DNA of 62,693 bases, filler included, from Rhabdomonas costata (GCA_019059605.1; 31 parts of 31 records of this genome joined end to end with filler, not necessarily neighbours in it), one strand, 5' to 3'. Shown: positions 48,181-61,017, counted from the whole stretch's first letter. Made by a program: numbers and translations. The notes: generated by a model from the letters alone, not told the origin.

Positions 48181-48927
48181 CTGCGCAGAGGCCGCAGGAG
48201 TTAAAATAATAGGCAGTTGTCGAAGCCTCCACGCGTCCAGTTTTTATAGCCCGCAGTGGTGGTCAAAGGCGGCCGATGATGAGTACAAACGGACAAAGAA
48301 GATATGTTGCAAGGAAGACTCAAAACACTGCTCACTTGAAGTGAAAGATGAAATTTCTCCCAACTCCACGAGACAACGTTGCCATATTGGTTCATTAGTT
48401 TATGAAAATACCACTCACAAGCACTCTAGCAATTTGTCCAATCAATTTTAAAAACAAAATAGTTTGCCAAAAGGGGGTGTCCGCGGGACGCTTTGGTGCG
48501 GCTTGCACTCTAGTGGTTGCCCCANNNNNNNNNNNNNNNNNNNNNNNNNNNNNNNNNNNNNNNNNNNNTTAATTAATTAANNNNNNNNNNNNNNNNNNNN
48601 NNNNNNNNNNNNNNNNNNNNNNNNCGGGAAAGTGGTGCTTCACAATTGTACATTCACCCACTTTCGCCGACACGCTGCCCTGGATCAGGGAAAGATGCAG
48701 TCCAGGAAGAATCCGAGAAAATGTCTGCACCAGGCACCGAAGGTCAGTTAATCGAAAGCCCAAAGCCAGACCGTTCCATCAAAGTCAACTCAACCTGATG
48801 TGCATAATGGCTACGAGGAACTTGACAAGAATTGCACAGCCCAGTAGCAGCTCCCGTTCAGAAGAGAACATAAGAAAATGGCAGCGGCAAGGTGCAAAGG
48901 ACGGCCGCTTGTCGATTTTCAAGGTGT

Positions 48928-50249
48928 TCAAGCTGAGGGCGCGGGCTCTTCCCCACACTCCTCGATTATGAGTTTAGCAGTGGTGCGGCCCTGGCTTGTG
49001 CCGTAAGACTCCATTTTCTTCAGGACATCAAAGCCCTCAACCACGTTGCTGAGGAAAAGGAAAGCAACCGGACACGCATTTCAAACCATTAACCATAGAC
49101 GTTTCTAAACTTCTGGCGGGGCGGGGCAGGGAAAGGGAAGAGGAGGCTTCTATCCCGGCTCCCTTGTGGGAACCATGTTTCAGAAACTGACGAACAACCT
49201 TTTCGAGACATCAAAAACTCAGGTATACCAACAAAAGGGAGAGGTAAAAGATGCAAGCCTTCTTCCCACGACAAATACACAGGACTAAAAGATGGACTAA
49301 GGCACTGTTCCAGAGGCAACAGCTGCAAGCGAAAGGGAAGAAACGTAACACAGACAAAAAGGAGAGACGTCTGCAAACCCGAAAACGACGTGGCGACCGT
49401 CCAAGTGAGGCGTGGGAACAGTGCAAAAGAAGAACTGCGAGCCATTCTGAAGAAGCACGAAACAGAAACAGAAATCCGGAAGAAACACAACGAAAACGCA
49501 AAGAAGCACGAAACAGAATGAAGAAACAGCAACATTGTTCGATAATCTAACTTGAAGACTCACGACTCCAAACGTGCATACCGTGTTCGGACCTGCGTTC
49601 GCCTGAAAAAGAAAAGAATGACCTCAGCCACGGAAAAGAACATCATTTCGAACATTTCGAACGCTCAAAAGAAAGAACAACAGGAAACCCTTCATTAACA
49701 TCTGTGCTGCAAAACGAATTACTGCGTTTGATGGTCGTTTTTCTCCAGACTCCAGCCCAGAGCTGACCGCACACTCTGCCTCTTGCTTTACGTTGAAGCT
49801 GGTTCGACCGTTGTGGGTACAAGTTGCCAGCCTCAGGTATTAGCGACCGCAAAAAAGAAATGAGATTGGTATCGGTAACCCCTAAAATCAAGAAAAACTG
49901 GGCGGGAAAGTGCCATTTAGACCGGTTGGCGTGCCACATGGTGCGAAAGCCACACTTCCTGGCAAAAAAACCGGAGAAACGTTCGCCGAAAAAAGCACCA
50001 TGCTCAAAACTCCAGGTCCAGAATGACGGAGCTTAAAGTTTTCGTCAGGAAAGCGAGCACCGTAAATAGACTTTCCACCTGCAAAAGAGTGAGTACTGCA
50101 ACTCTGCAAAGAAGCTCGAAAACAGCAACACACGAACACAGCAAAACGACTACCTCTGCCGTTGTGTTTGACAATATCCCCGCCTTGACACATAAAACCA
50201 GGGATAACACGGTGAAAGGAGGATCCCTTGTAACCGAAGCCCTTTTCAC
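48928..50249 (-). CDS. Cyclophilin-type peptidyl-prolyl isomerase, last five exons
   Basis: Exons 50154-50249, 49999-50078, 49582-49602, 49379-49446 and 48928-49048: [25 protein letters not shown]...[31 protein letters not shown]...[15 protein letters not shown]. Confidence 0.97.
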
Positions 50250-50470
50250 CTGCAACGAGCGAAGCAGGCGATTGCGAACAAAGTGGCTTATGATTACGCT
50301 GGCAAGCAACCCTTCAAACAAACCCAATAACGAACACAAAATCAATCACAGCACCACGAAGGGCGACTGGTGCACTGTGGGTCTGTCGAAATGCTATCAA
50401 CTGTAGCTATCTCTGCCAAGATTCCAAATTTTCAATGAGAAATGTAAGGTAAAAATGTAACGTTTTTCAA

Positions 50471-50541
50471 GGTGAAAGGTCGGGACTCTCCTGACCCCAA
50501 GGACCGGCCACGCAGCGTTTCGGGAGGCCTGCTGTATATAC
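50471..50541 (+). mobile_element. 5'-truncated copy of the RLE-element 3' tail in the cyclophilin intron
   Basis: Essentially exact reverse complement of ~3382-3452; runs into the contig end. Confidence 0.85.
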
Positions 50542-50654
50542 CCAAACCCNNNNNNNNNNNNNNNNNNNNNNNNNNNNNNNNNNNNNNNNNNNNTTAATTA
50601 ATTAANNNNNNNNNNNNNNNNNNNNNNNNNNNNNNNNNNNNNNNNNNNNGCGGA

Positions 50655-50850
50655 GAGCGCTATGCCGAAGCAGGCCTGGGGTCTTTTGTATATATAACAG
50701 GCGTCCCGAAACGCTGCGTGGCCGGTCCTTGGGGCCAGACTCCTCTGACCTTTCACCCTCGGCCGGTTGTGGTGCCATAAGCCGGCTCTCTGGTATCCCT
50801 TTGTGCCACTTCTTGCCCCACGCAGCGGAGGGTTTACGACAGCACCCACA
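50655..50850 (-). mobile_element. Diverged full copy of the ~200-nt RLE-element 3' tail
   Basis: Collinear with 3349-3546; similarity stops abruptly after gacagcacccaca. Confidence 0.85.
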
Positions 50851-51109
50851 GCGCTTGATTTGGTGGCTTGGTGGCACACGTGTGGACCACTCCCAACATT
50901 GGAACGGAAGACCCCCCAAAGAATCCACACTGCGAGAGGGTTCGATGTTGGCTGAGCGCCCCTAGCACCCATGCCTAGGGTTAAGGAGGGTGTTGCTCCA
51001 ATGTTTTTGTGCTTCCTTTATTGCGGTTGCCGTCACCTGTTTATCCAGCTTTTTCTTTGGAATAAGAGCGAGAACAACAAAACCCTGAAAACTGCCTTCT
51101 TCTTGAAAG

Positions 51110-51482
51110 TGGACACACATGGGGCTGGCGCAGGCCATGTCGCTGGGAGGGCCGAACAGAAAAAAATTGGTGGGTTGGTACCGAATTGTCTTTCATCCCG
51201 CAAGGGGTGTTCACCCTCGGCGCTTTCGGCTCTCTGGGTCACGAAGCTCTGTCACGGTTGTGCAACCGCTACGCCAAACGAACGTCCACGAATGCCCACC
51301 GAAGGTGTTCAGCGCTTCCTGGCCAGATGCAGGCCGAGTGCTGGCAGCGGATCTCCGTCTCGCTACACAAGGGCATCGGAGCTCAGCTGAGCTTCGCACT
51401 CCTGGGTGAACCCTCCGCGCCCTCCCAAGAGCACAACATGGGCTCACCTCTCCCCAAGGGCAGCCCTAGCGAGGCCCGCTAA
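51110..51482 (+). mobile_element. Degenerate RLE C-terminus of a second CRE-like retrotransposon lineage
   Basis: AGHVAGRAEQKK, then a frameshift/deletion, then SFIPQGVFTLGAFGSLGHEALSRL...CWQRISVSLHKG, matching F.P...et.G..g..a...l...wQRiSv.lq.g. Confidence 0.7.
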
Positions 51483-52239
51483 CCCCTTACCAAAAGTGGT
51501 TCCCAACCCGCGCCTGCGGGAACGAAGACGCTAAGGAGAAGGTGCAAGGTTTCACACTCATAACCGCACTCAGCCTTGAGTCGTTGTGTTGGGGCTTGGG
51601 TTTCCTTTGTTGGATTCGTCTGCCCTGTGCTTTGCAGTTTCAGCGGAGTGGATAGAGACCGTCTTCGACGGGTTCCCCCTCCCTTCTCAAAAGCAGACTG
51701 GCGGGAGGCTTGCGCTGTAAGGGCTACTTCCCCACCCTCTGCACCCCCTTCTTACTGAAGTTTATTGGGCGTGCTCGGCAAGGGTACTCTCGCCCTTTTA
51801 GCTCAGCACTGGCGACAACAAAAGATGAAAAAAGCGACCCGGAGACGCCACCCCAAATATGGGTTGGCAAAATTATTGTTAAAAAATGCAACATAACGGC
51901 GCTATACCGTTTAAAGACCCCCCCACACACACACATTTTTTATCATTCCCAGCCCCTAAAACGCTCTTTGGGCCTCCAGGACAACCACACACCGAAGCAT
52001 TCACGCTAACTCAATCTCTGAAGTGTGTGTAATTTTTGTGTTTTCAAAGACACGCACACATAGGAAGCATTAGACTGTGACAGAAAAGAACCCATAGACA
52101 GAAAGAAGGTTTCTTATTTAGAGTTTAAAAAGTCAAAAGGTAAGTTTGGTAGTCCAATGCATCACAGAAGTGAGAAGTAGATGGGAAAGAGAAAAGCTGA
52201 AAGACAACTCCACCCAGATTGAGGCAGAGGCAACGGTAC

Positions 52240-52480
52240 CGATGGTGAACGCCGTGGCCGAGAGCACGGTGCGGCAGTGCCAGCCTGTCCAAGAAATCGC
52301 CACTCCGAAGACGCACGACAACGAAAGGAAGATCAAGGCCTCCCGTGAGAGGGTCATAGTGGGGAAGCGCTCCAGCTCCCCACTGCCTGCCATCATGGCG
52401 AACATGACAGGGATACTCAGCAGGTTGGTATAGTAGACATGTCCCGTCTGTGCAGAATCGAGGCCCAATGTCCAATGTGC
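52240..52480 (-). CDS. Nucleotide-sugar transporter (SLC35C/D / GONST-like) exon
   Basis: GHVYYTNLLSIP...LSCVFGVAISWTGWHCRTVLSATAFT; GT donor after 52240. Confidence 0.8.
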
Positions 52481-52791
52481 CTTTAGTGTCGTTTTTAACC
52501 CTCACTGAAAAGACGCAAAGGGACATTGGACATTGGGCCTCGATTCTGCACAGACGGGACATGTCTACCACACNNNNNNNNNNNNNNNNNNNNNNNNNNN
52601 NNNNNNNNNNNNNNNNNTTAATTAATTAANNNNNNNNNNNNNNNNNNNNNNNNNNNNNNNNNNNNNNNNNNNNGATCCGGCGCGTAGGTGTGTGCCCTGG
52701 TAATCAGAGGGTGGTAAAAAAAGCTGCCAAGCTGGGGTAAAGGTAACCTCCTCATCACCGCTTGCATTTCCGAGTACCAACCTGAAGACTC

Positions 52792-52846
52792 TCTCATCTC
52801 ATCTCATCTCATCTCATCTCATCTCATCTCATCTCATCTCATCTCA
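52792..52846. repeat. (TCTCA)11 pentanucleotide microsatellite
   Basis: Direct reading. Confidence 0.95.
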
Positions 52847-53451
52847 TCTAATTTTTATTCCAGCGGCTGAGAACATCCAAAACAGCGCCAAGGAGATCAA
52901 TAGATCGGCAACTTGTTAACGAATGTTGATCAGTTTCAGTTATGGAGGTGGGCAAGCAATACCAGAAGGCGGAGAGCGATAGCAACTCACACCCAAACAC
53001 ATCTTAACAACCCCTTCACGCGCCAGGCAAGCCAGCAGACCGCGGGAACGCACGCTCACAAGCAACTATAAGAGGACGAGGCATCAGCGCGCCATGCGCT
53101 CAGCGCATAGTGGTTGGGTGCGTGGTGTTGTGTTTGTGGATGGTTAGGCCCAGGTCATCTCATCACAATGCAGATGTACGATGGTGGTTACGGTGTTTGG
53201 AAATCGAAAAGTTGTTCATTTCCAGAATTTGTGATTGAAGAAAGTCTACAGGAGCGGAAGCTTAAGGCGTGGCAGGCAGCAGGTTCTTTGGCATTTGCTG
53301 CAGACAATGGGTTGAGTTGAAGTCAGACGGGCATTGGAATTCTCACATTGTTGGATGTTTAACACTCATTTACACTGTGTATCGCCGTTAGACTTCAATA
53401 CTATCTTACCTGGAATGCGCCCCCTCCAACTGTTCCTGATCCCGCTCGCAG

Positions 53452-54263
53452 ACGGCCCAGAGGACTCTGAGCCCGTGTGCTACCACAAGAGCGACGTGTG
53501 GGTGGACGATAAGAAGGTCAAGCAGCTGCCCCGCGAAGGTGACACCGTCTCCTTCTATCTCGCTGTCGACGACATCACCAAGAAGGAGAAGGCAGAGCAG
53601 GTTTGGGAATGCAAGCAACTACAGTATTGACCTCGACGCTAGGCTCAACCAACAGGAGTATTGATAGGTGGTTGACAGTGTTGATGGAAGTTACCATAAA
53701 ACAGCAATGTAAACACCAAAGAGATTGATGATGGACGGAAGAGATGCTCGGGATGCACTCGCGCCCGGTGGGTGAGTGCTCATCTGATGGATGGGTCTTG
53801 TGGTTGTGAATTATATTCCGTCCCCCCCCCAGAAAAAACAAGCGAATGCCCACCACCATGGACAGGTTCTGATGCGGGAGGAGCCAAAAGAGAAATTTCA
53901 TGTTCAAAATTGGAGGCACTGAAGAAGGGGATAACGAATAACTAGGTAAATAGGTAAAGTAATGGCCTTGCTTGAGCCGGTGTGAAATCCGTGTGAAGTC
54001 AAGAGCACGCTGTGTTTATTGCTGCCATTCCTATTCCTGCTGCACCTGATGCCTCCTTGTCTTCGCATGCTCCAGCTTCACCCCTGGCACTCGTCTCATG
54101 TGTGTACAGGTGACTGTGGTGGCCAACTCCCGGCAGCAGGGGGGCGGTGCGGGGCAAGCCGCAGCCTCGAAGGGAGCGGCTAAGGGTGGGGCCCCTCCCG
54201 CGGATGCCAAGCCCGCGGGGGGCAATAGCCGGCAGGGAGGGAGCTCCCCTCCCACCCCATCAG
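53452..54263 (+). CDS. Cold-shock/OB-fold domain protein with a Gly-rich tail, partial
   Basis: Exon 53452-53600 VCYHKSDV...PREGDTVSFYLAVDDITKKEKAEQ splices to 54110-54263 VTVV...GGGAGQ. Confidence 0.6.
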
Positions 54264-55049
54264 GTCAGCTCTGGGCGTCCGCGGGCTTCAAACCTCCCTT
54301 TCACAGACATATGAACTTACCTCACGTGCACGTGATCACAGCACGGTGAGTTTGCAGCCCTGTCAGGCAACTCTGCAGGGAAAAAACGGCACGGCCGCTT
54401 CTGGCGCCTCAGAAACGCTTACGGAGCTGTACGGATCCTCTGTGCTATGCAGATCGCTTGGGTGGCAGTATTGTGTTCTCGAAAGCGATCACTATCGACG
54501 TACTGTGGATCAAATTGAACTCTTCGGCATCTGTTCCCTCCATCGCAACGTTTCAGCATAGCCAGCGGAAAATTCCCCTTCTGTTTTGCGGGGGGTTNNN
54601 NNNNNNNNNNNNNNNNNNNNNNNNNNNNNNNNNNNNNNNNNTTAATTAATTAANNNNNNNNNNNNNNNNNNNNNNNNNNNNNNNNNNNNNNNNNNNNGTG
54701 GTGGGTGTGTTTGGTGGGTTTGGGGATGCGAATGTCCAGGCATAGCATGGGTAAAAGAAAGAGGTTGGTTGGGGCGTTCGAGAGGTTCGGAGGATGTGGT
54801 GCAGGAACGGAGGAAATTAAGATTTGCGGAGGAATTTTGTAGAGAGGGAAGCGGGCACATTGGCTGAGGGCCGGTGGTTGGCACGACGATAGAGCGCTGT
54901 GAATTGCATAGGAAAGCGAAAGAAGAGAAGGGAGAGGGTCAACATGAAAACGAGCATGTGTGACTGTGTGCAAGTGTCTGAGTGAGGGAACGCCGAGTTG
55001 AAAGCAAGCTTCAAAAAACGAACAGCCAGAACCACATGTGAAGGCAGGC

Positions 55050-56514
55050 ACCATCGGCAAGCTTATCTACCCATTGCGCCAGCTCCACTTCAAAGGCCTC
55101 TCGGGAGCTGACTTGCCGGAGACCCACGTGCTGCGCCCGGCTGTGCTCCACTGCGGCCAAGTCATCGTCGCACAGCAGCAGCATCAGGTGCTGCAGCTCC
55201 ACTCTCAATGCTGCATTCGATTCAGAAACCACTCAAACGTCCGTTGTATGAAGGTGCGGGAAGCCTGTCGTCTATTCGTTGTCGGACCACATACATTTTA
55301 AACAAAAAGGTGAGAAGGGCCGCAGTTTTTGGCTTTTTTGCACCTTTTGAAGCGGCGTTCCTTCTCTTAAATCGCTAATTTCATTTTCAGCCAGTATTTC
55401 ACCTCAAGCTCACAATTTCCTGCTTAATAGTCTCTTCACGACACAATTGCTGATAATGGAAACCACGATACCGCATGACTCCATCTCTAGATGCCTAAAT
55501 CCTCTTCTCGCTGTGTGTGAGTGGGTACGTAACTGAGCGATCAAAAAACAGCGGCTAAAAAACAGGGGAAAAAACGATGCACACCAGCCATAGTACATTC
55601 CTTGTAGCGCTGAAAGGAAACCTCGAATTCAGCAAGTCGCCCGCTATCACCCTGTTCTGTGAAACTGCCACTCGACGAAGTCTCCAACTGCGAACTCGAA
55701 AGTTCAGGTGCGGCACCAGCCGCCACAGGCAAGCCAGCAGCAGCAGTAGTAAATGAAGGTTCATTCCGGGTTGCCTCGGTCCTCTTTGGGATACTGGAAT
55801 CAAACGTTTCTGCCACTTGAAATTTCACTTGAGGAGCCGGTTGTGGCCTATGCTGAGTCTGAGAGACCCTGGGAGAAGCGCTCTGCATTGATGACTCTTC
55901 CATCTGCTCAATACACCTAAAAGCAGTCGCAAAACAAAAAGCTAGAAAGGAAAAGCAATTTAAAGGCCTGTTCTTGGCTTCATTTTGCAGTCCAACTGGC
56001 AGCTCACTTTCGCCCCCCCCCCCCCGAGAATCATGATGATAAGATATTCTCACCCGACTGAGTTCACACAATATCTCACCATTGCAGTCTTGGCCAACCA
56101 GCGCTGCGTTAACTTTGTTCGGTTTGCATTCCAACACTCCGGGTGTGACGGAAAAATTTTTCTCGTACCGTTCTATCGTAAGGTTGTTCAATGTTCGATA
56201 AATAAAAATAGAAACCCCGAAGTGCGACACACCTTCGCAGTCGCTCACATTCACTCTCTTTATTCATGTACCGGTCCCGAAGAGCGGTGTATTTGGCTTC
56301 CCAGAAACTCCACTGTGCTCTGGGTAAAAAACAGCACCCAGCGGGGCCAGCAAAGAAAAATAAACACAATCCAAGGGAGGGGACATCGAAAACCTCTCTC
56401 GTAGGTTGACTTTTCCGCTGCATGCTCTCTTGAGCTGAAGATAACTTTCCAGACAAGCCCGCTTTTCTTCCCGAAACTGCGCAGCCTCCGCCACCAGCCC
56501 TTTGATTTGCTTCT
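55050..56514 (-). CDS. Multi-exon coiled-coil hypothetical protein
   Basis: Several AG/GT-bounded exons (KQIKGLVAEAAQFREEKR; WEAKYTALRDRY; ESNAALRVELQHL); exact joins not resolved. Confidence 0.45.
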
Positions 56515-58272
56515 GCAAGCGAACGAAAACAAAGGGAAGCGCGATGTTATTAACGTTTGCGAACACTTGGGAAGCAAAAGAAAGGACAGCAGCAAAGCAA
56601 CCATGAGGTCTCCAAAAACAANNNNNNNNNNNNNNNNNNNNNNNNNNNNNNNNNNNNNNNNNNNNTTAATTAATTAANNNNNNNNNNNNNNNNNNNNNNN
56701 NNNNNNNNNNNNNNNNNNNNNTGTGTGGGGGGAATACAAGGGACACCAAAAACTTTTCGTTTGTAATGGATGTCACGGGATGCAATCGACAATCTCACTG
56801 CACTTAATTCCAGACTACAAGGGTGAGCGGAGACCCAGTGGCCGATTTTATGACCACTTTCCACCATTGCCATCGGTTTCGCGCAGCATAGCCCCAGAAT
56901 CGAGATGTCAAGCGTGTCTCCCATGCTAGGATGACGCAGCTGCCTGGTAACCGGCATTTGGATTATGCTGCCCAACTCCTCTTGCCTCCAAACTCTTGCC
57001 ATCCTTCAAAAGTTTGTGTGACCCGCTGCATCAAACTCGCAAACAAGCACGAGCACCAGTCCACGCAAGCATACCCGGTTTGTCAAACAGCAGGCCACCC
57101 TCTCGTCCACCGCGACAGGCCGGAGGTGGTACTGCTGCCCCGCGAATGTAAACGTGGAGAAGGGGATCTCCGCCATTCGAGCTGAACCCCTCAGGGTCTT
57201 GCACACGAGAGAGAGATGGAACACGAAGAGCGACAGAAACAAAACAAGAGAACCCGTGTGCAGCCAAGTAATTAGGCCGCTTCTATCGACCTGCAAAGAC
57301 GTGCAATTAAATCCAACATCGAGCAAGTGTGTGAGTGAGCGAAAGAAAGAGAGTGATACATCAGAACTGCAGGGCTTCAACGGCAAAAAGAAATTTAACT
57401 ATCCTGCATAAGTGGGCATACACAGGTCTGTCTCTCTTAATTCGTGTACGCGTTTGTCCACAATGAAAATCTTCTGACTCGAAAGGTTTTTGGGACGGTT
57501 TTGTTTTGCTGCAAATGACGATGGCAACCCTTTCCATGGGGAATCACCAAAACACTTGTCAAGCTCATCGGTGAAACTGATCGACAGCTACACACACTTT
57601 CAATAGAACCTGTTAATTTTTATCTTTTTCATCTTAATATTATTACCTATTCAGAATAAAGCATGTTTTAGCTCGCCGACCACCCAGCTATCAAATTCAG
57701 TCGCTGCTCATTTTCAATGCCGCTGCGAGCTTGATGGACCATCGGAAAAGGGAGAGATAAAGAGCGAGGACAGTAAGAGGGGGAGGGGAACCTGATGAGC
57801 ACAGTACCTATTCAATGCAAACAGGGCCGAACGACGCGAAGATCAATTTGTTCCATTCCACAGCACGAGCAGAAGCCAGAAGCGAAAACGAAGCGAAAGC
57901 TAATATGCCACCGCTGTCCCTCCAGCATCCAAGCGGCAACGGAAGTAAATCTTCTACAGACTCCGATAAGAATTCGGACCACGTAGGAGAGCAGCACGTT
58001 CCGCGCTCGTCCAAAAGACCAAAAACCCAGTTTTTGTTTTAAAGAATCCCGTTAAGTGCATACCTGTACAACATATGCCAAAAAGCTAAAATGACCGGAA
58101 TTAGCTATGTAAAGGAGCTAACGCCCACTAACGTCCAGCAGATATACTCTGTAACTGGTTAAACCAAAAGCTGGCAAGCCACCCTGGGGAGTTGCGCTTC
58201 CTTTCACGATAGCCATGGTGTCCATCTTTTGTTGGGTTCCACTTCCTGTGTGCGGTCGGGCTTCCTGCCTAC

Positions 58273-58628
58273 CGAGCCATAACGAAGGATCTCCTCCCGG
58301 TGATTCGCAAACACGCTGGAGTGGGCAGAGAAGGCCAGCAGTCGCCCCAGATCCTCAAAGGGGCTGCCGATGTGGCCAGATTGCCAATCAATGATCGCGG
58401 CCAGGCGGTCCCCGACGGCCCCGTCAGTCTCAAACAGCGCGTTGTTGCACCAAAGGTCGCCGTGCGCGAGCACTGGGCGCATCCCCACAGCGGAGTACAG
58501 CTGCAGGTTTTCAAGGTACCTCTGCAGGGTGCTCAGCCGGAGGGTGATGGAAACGTCCACCCGACGCAGGGCCTCAGCGTGCTGCTCCTTCGTCTTTGGC
58601 AGGGCTGCCACCAGCACCGGCTCAAATG
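58273..58628 (-). CDS. APH/choline-kinase-like phosphotransferase (EcKinase/DUF1679-like) exon
   Basis: Brenner motif VLAHGDLWCNNALF and IIDWQSGHIGSPFEDLGRLL; a probable further exon lies near 57076-57182. Confidence 0.85.
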
Positions 58629-60769
58629 CTAAAAACAAACCCCCCNNNNNNNNNNNNNNNNNNNNNNNNNNNNNNNNNNNNNNNNNNNNTTAATTAATTA
58701 ANNNNNNNNNNNNNNNNNNNNNNNNNNNNNNNNNNNNNNNNNNNNGGCTCGTGTGTTGTAAAAAAAATGTCGGGCAATTTTGTTTGCTATCCGTGATCGC
58801 AAACCCTGGTTTACTGACATCACCCCTATTCCGGAGAGAAAAACCTCGACACGCACGCACCTTCAGGGAGGCTGAGAGTGCGCAGCAGACGGTATTTCTT
58901 GAAGTATACCTCGACAACGAAGCAGTCCCGTTCCGAAGTTGACACCTGGGCTGAATCCATCTTCAGAGGGACCTCGCAGAGCACGTGGCTCAGACCTTCT
59001 CGCCGCAGCTCGCAGGGCATCCGCTGTCCCCCCCCCCACCACCACTGAAAAGTGACACAGGCACGATTGATGAATGGAACCGGGCTCGTTCCAGAATTAG
59101 AATTAGTCCAGGCTGCTGCACATACACACCATACACAAATACGGGAAAATCTCACAGCCTGTTACTTTTAGGCCTGTCCTCTTGAAAACTTGAAATGACC
59201 CTTCTAATTGGACCTTCACTGGCCAGGTGCAAAAGGGGGATGGTGGCAATGAGTTCACAGTGCCAAAAAGCTGTCATCGAGCATTAAAGCCATTCACAGG
59301 TAACTTCACCTGTCCGGTGCTCGTGACCACACTCAGGCCGGCGTCGCGCACGATCGGCTGCAACGCTGAGCCCTCACCTTGAACAATTCTGAGAAAGAAT
59401 CACAGCAAACCACAGCACTTTCAGGGCACACTGTTGGTTTAAATGATAATTCCGGGGCACAAAAGTACAATTATGGACCGTGAACCGTGGAGAGTGCGGA
59501 GTAGCAGGGGAACTATCCCATTCTTTTTTTGACTCACATTCCTAATGCGTGCCATCACTGGCTCGGACGACCAACGATGCCTCCAGCAGATATCACTGAT
59601 TGATACGCATTGATCTCGAACGCCTTCGTGCCGAAAGTCGAAAGTCGCTCCTCCTTGGCAATTGTTTGTAGGGGGGGGGGGGAGAAGGATCATACATGAC
59701 AACAGTAAGGATTGGCGAGGTCGCTGAAGCACCAGGTAACCCAGGGTTGCCTTGAGTGCGGGCAAGCCACGATAGGGACACAAAAAACAGCATTAAGTGC
59801 ATCCGGCAGCGAGTAAAACAGAAAAAAGTGTCTTCTAGATCAGGTCCAAGCACACCAAACTCAGCCAGATGACAAAAAATGATCCAACAACCGAAGAAAA
59901 GCTGTAAACTTGTCGTGTCAGTGAACGTAAATAGGTCTTTAAGAAAGCGTTTTTTGCTGAGCAGGGTGGACCGCTGCGCAACACCCCCCGAATAAGTCCC
60001 AGTACGCGTACCGGTCTTTGTGAGCCCCGGATTGCGGTTTATTCCGTCAGGCCTCATTTGGCTAAATAATCAGAGTGACAAGTTAAAACATCAGCAGGTT
60101 TCCGTACTTTAGACAGGGTTCCAACCCTAGACAGCGTAAAATCTGATCTCCCCGACGATGAGGGGGAAAACAGCCGACAGGGCAGTTCCAGCGTGTGTGT
60201 GTGTGGGGGGGGGGGCAGGGTCTTTCGGTTCAACCCTGCCACAAGATGCTGAAGCGAGGCTGGCGAACCCACACATAGCACGCAAAAATGCTGCTTTTCG
60301 AAGCCAGGCATTGGCCATGACAATGACAGATTCCCTTCGCAAACCCTTTCACGGAGAGAAGCAGAACCAATTCGTCATTTTGAATTTAAGCAGTGAAGCC
60401 TTTCGTTTGGATTTCCATGGGTTGAACCCCAAGAGTACACAGCACCACAGTACACACAAAAATACACAGCAAGTATCTGAAGAAACACAGGAACAAAGAC
60501 AAAATAAAGAAAGAAACGTAGGATTGTCCCGCTGGGAATGTCGCACCCAGCGGGGAAGAGGAGCGTCCACAAATGGAGCGGATCAGAGGGAGAGGGGGTG
60601 CAGGCGACACCACTGGTCGCCGCAGGAGGCTTGGTCTCACGAGACGCAAATAATCGTACAAACCCACAANNNNNNNNNNNNNNNNNNNNNNNNNNNNNNN
60701 NNNNNNNNNNNNNTTAATTAATTAANNNNNNNNNNNNNNNNNNNNNNNNNNNNNNNNNNNNNNNNNNNN

Positions 60770-60970
60770 CATAACAGCCGCCACTCTAAGGCGGCACTTC
60801 TGGCCAGTACACACCAGGCCAGGCTTGCCCCTGTGCACACTGGCCTTCAGCTCAGAGCCACATTTGGAGCACTTGGAAGGCGGCTCTCGGAGAACTCCAT
60901 AACCCCTTAACCACTCTCGGAGCTTTGCTTCGTCACTGCAGAGCTCCAGGACATCATAAAGTGTCAACAT
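60770..60970 (-). CDS. IS1595/Merlin-type transposase N-terminal zinc ribbon (partial)
   Basis: MLTLYDVLELCSDEAKLREWLRGYGVLREPPSKCSKCG...LVCTGQKCRLRV (CxxC...Cx4C). Confidence 0.7.
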
Positions 60971-61017
60971 GAGCAATGAAAGGAGCCTTAAAAAAGGTAC
61001 ACTGCTGAAGGAGTGCC
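60770..61017 (-). mobile_element. 5' end of a Merlin/IS1595-like DNA transposon
   Basis: Terminus GGCACTCCTTCAGCAGTGTACC at 61017 is defined by the uninterrupted paralogous intron at ~61502; the transposase ATG lies 47 nt inside. Confidence 0.65.

Noticed and set aside
52433-52568. 46-bp perfect inverted repeat as a transposon or hairpin RNA
   Set aside because: It copies coding sequence of the transporter exon, starts from an imperfect natural hairpin and runs into the primer-like contig end, which is typical of a self-primed fold-back.
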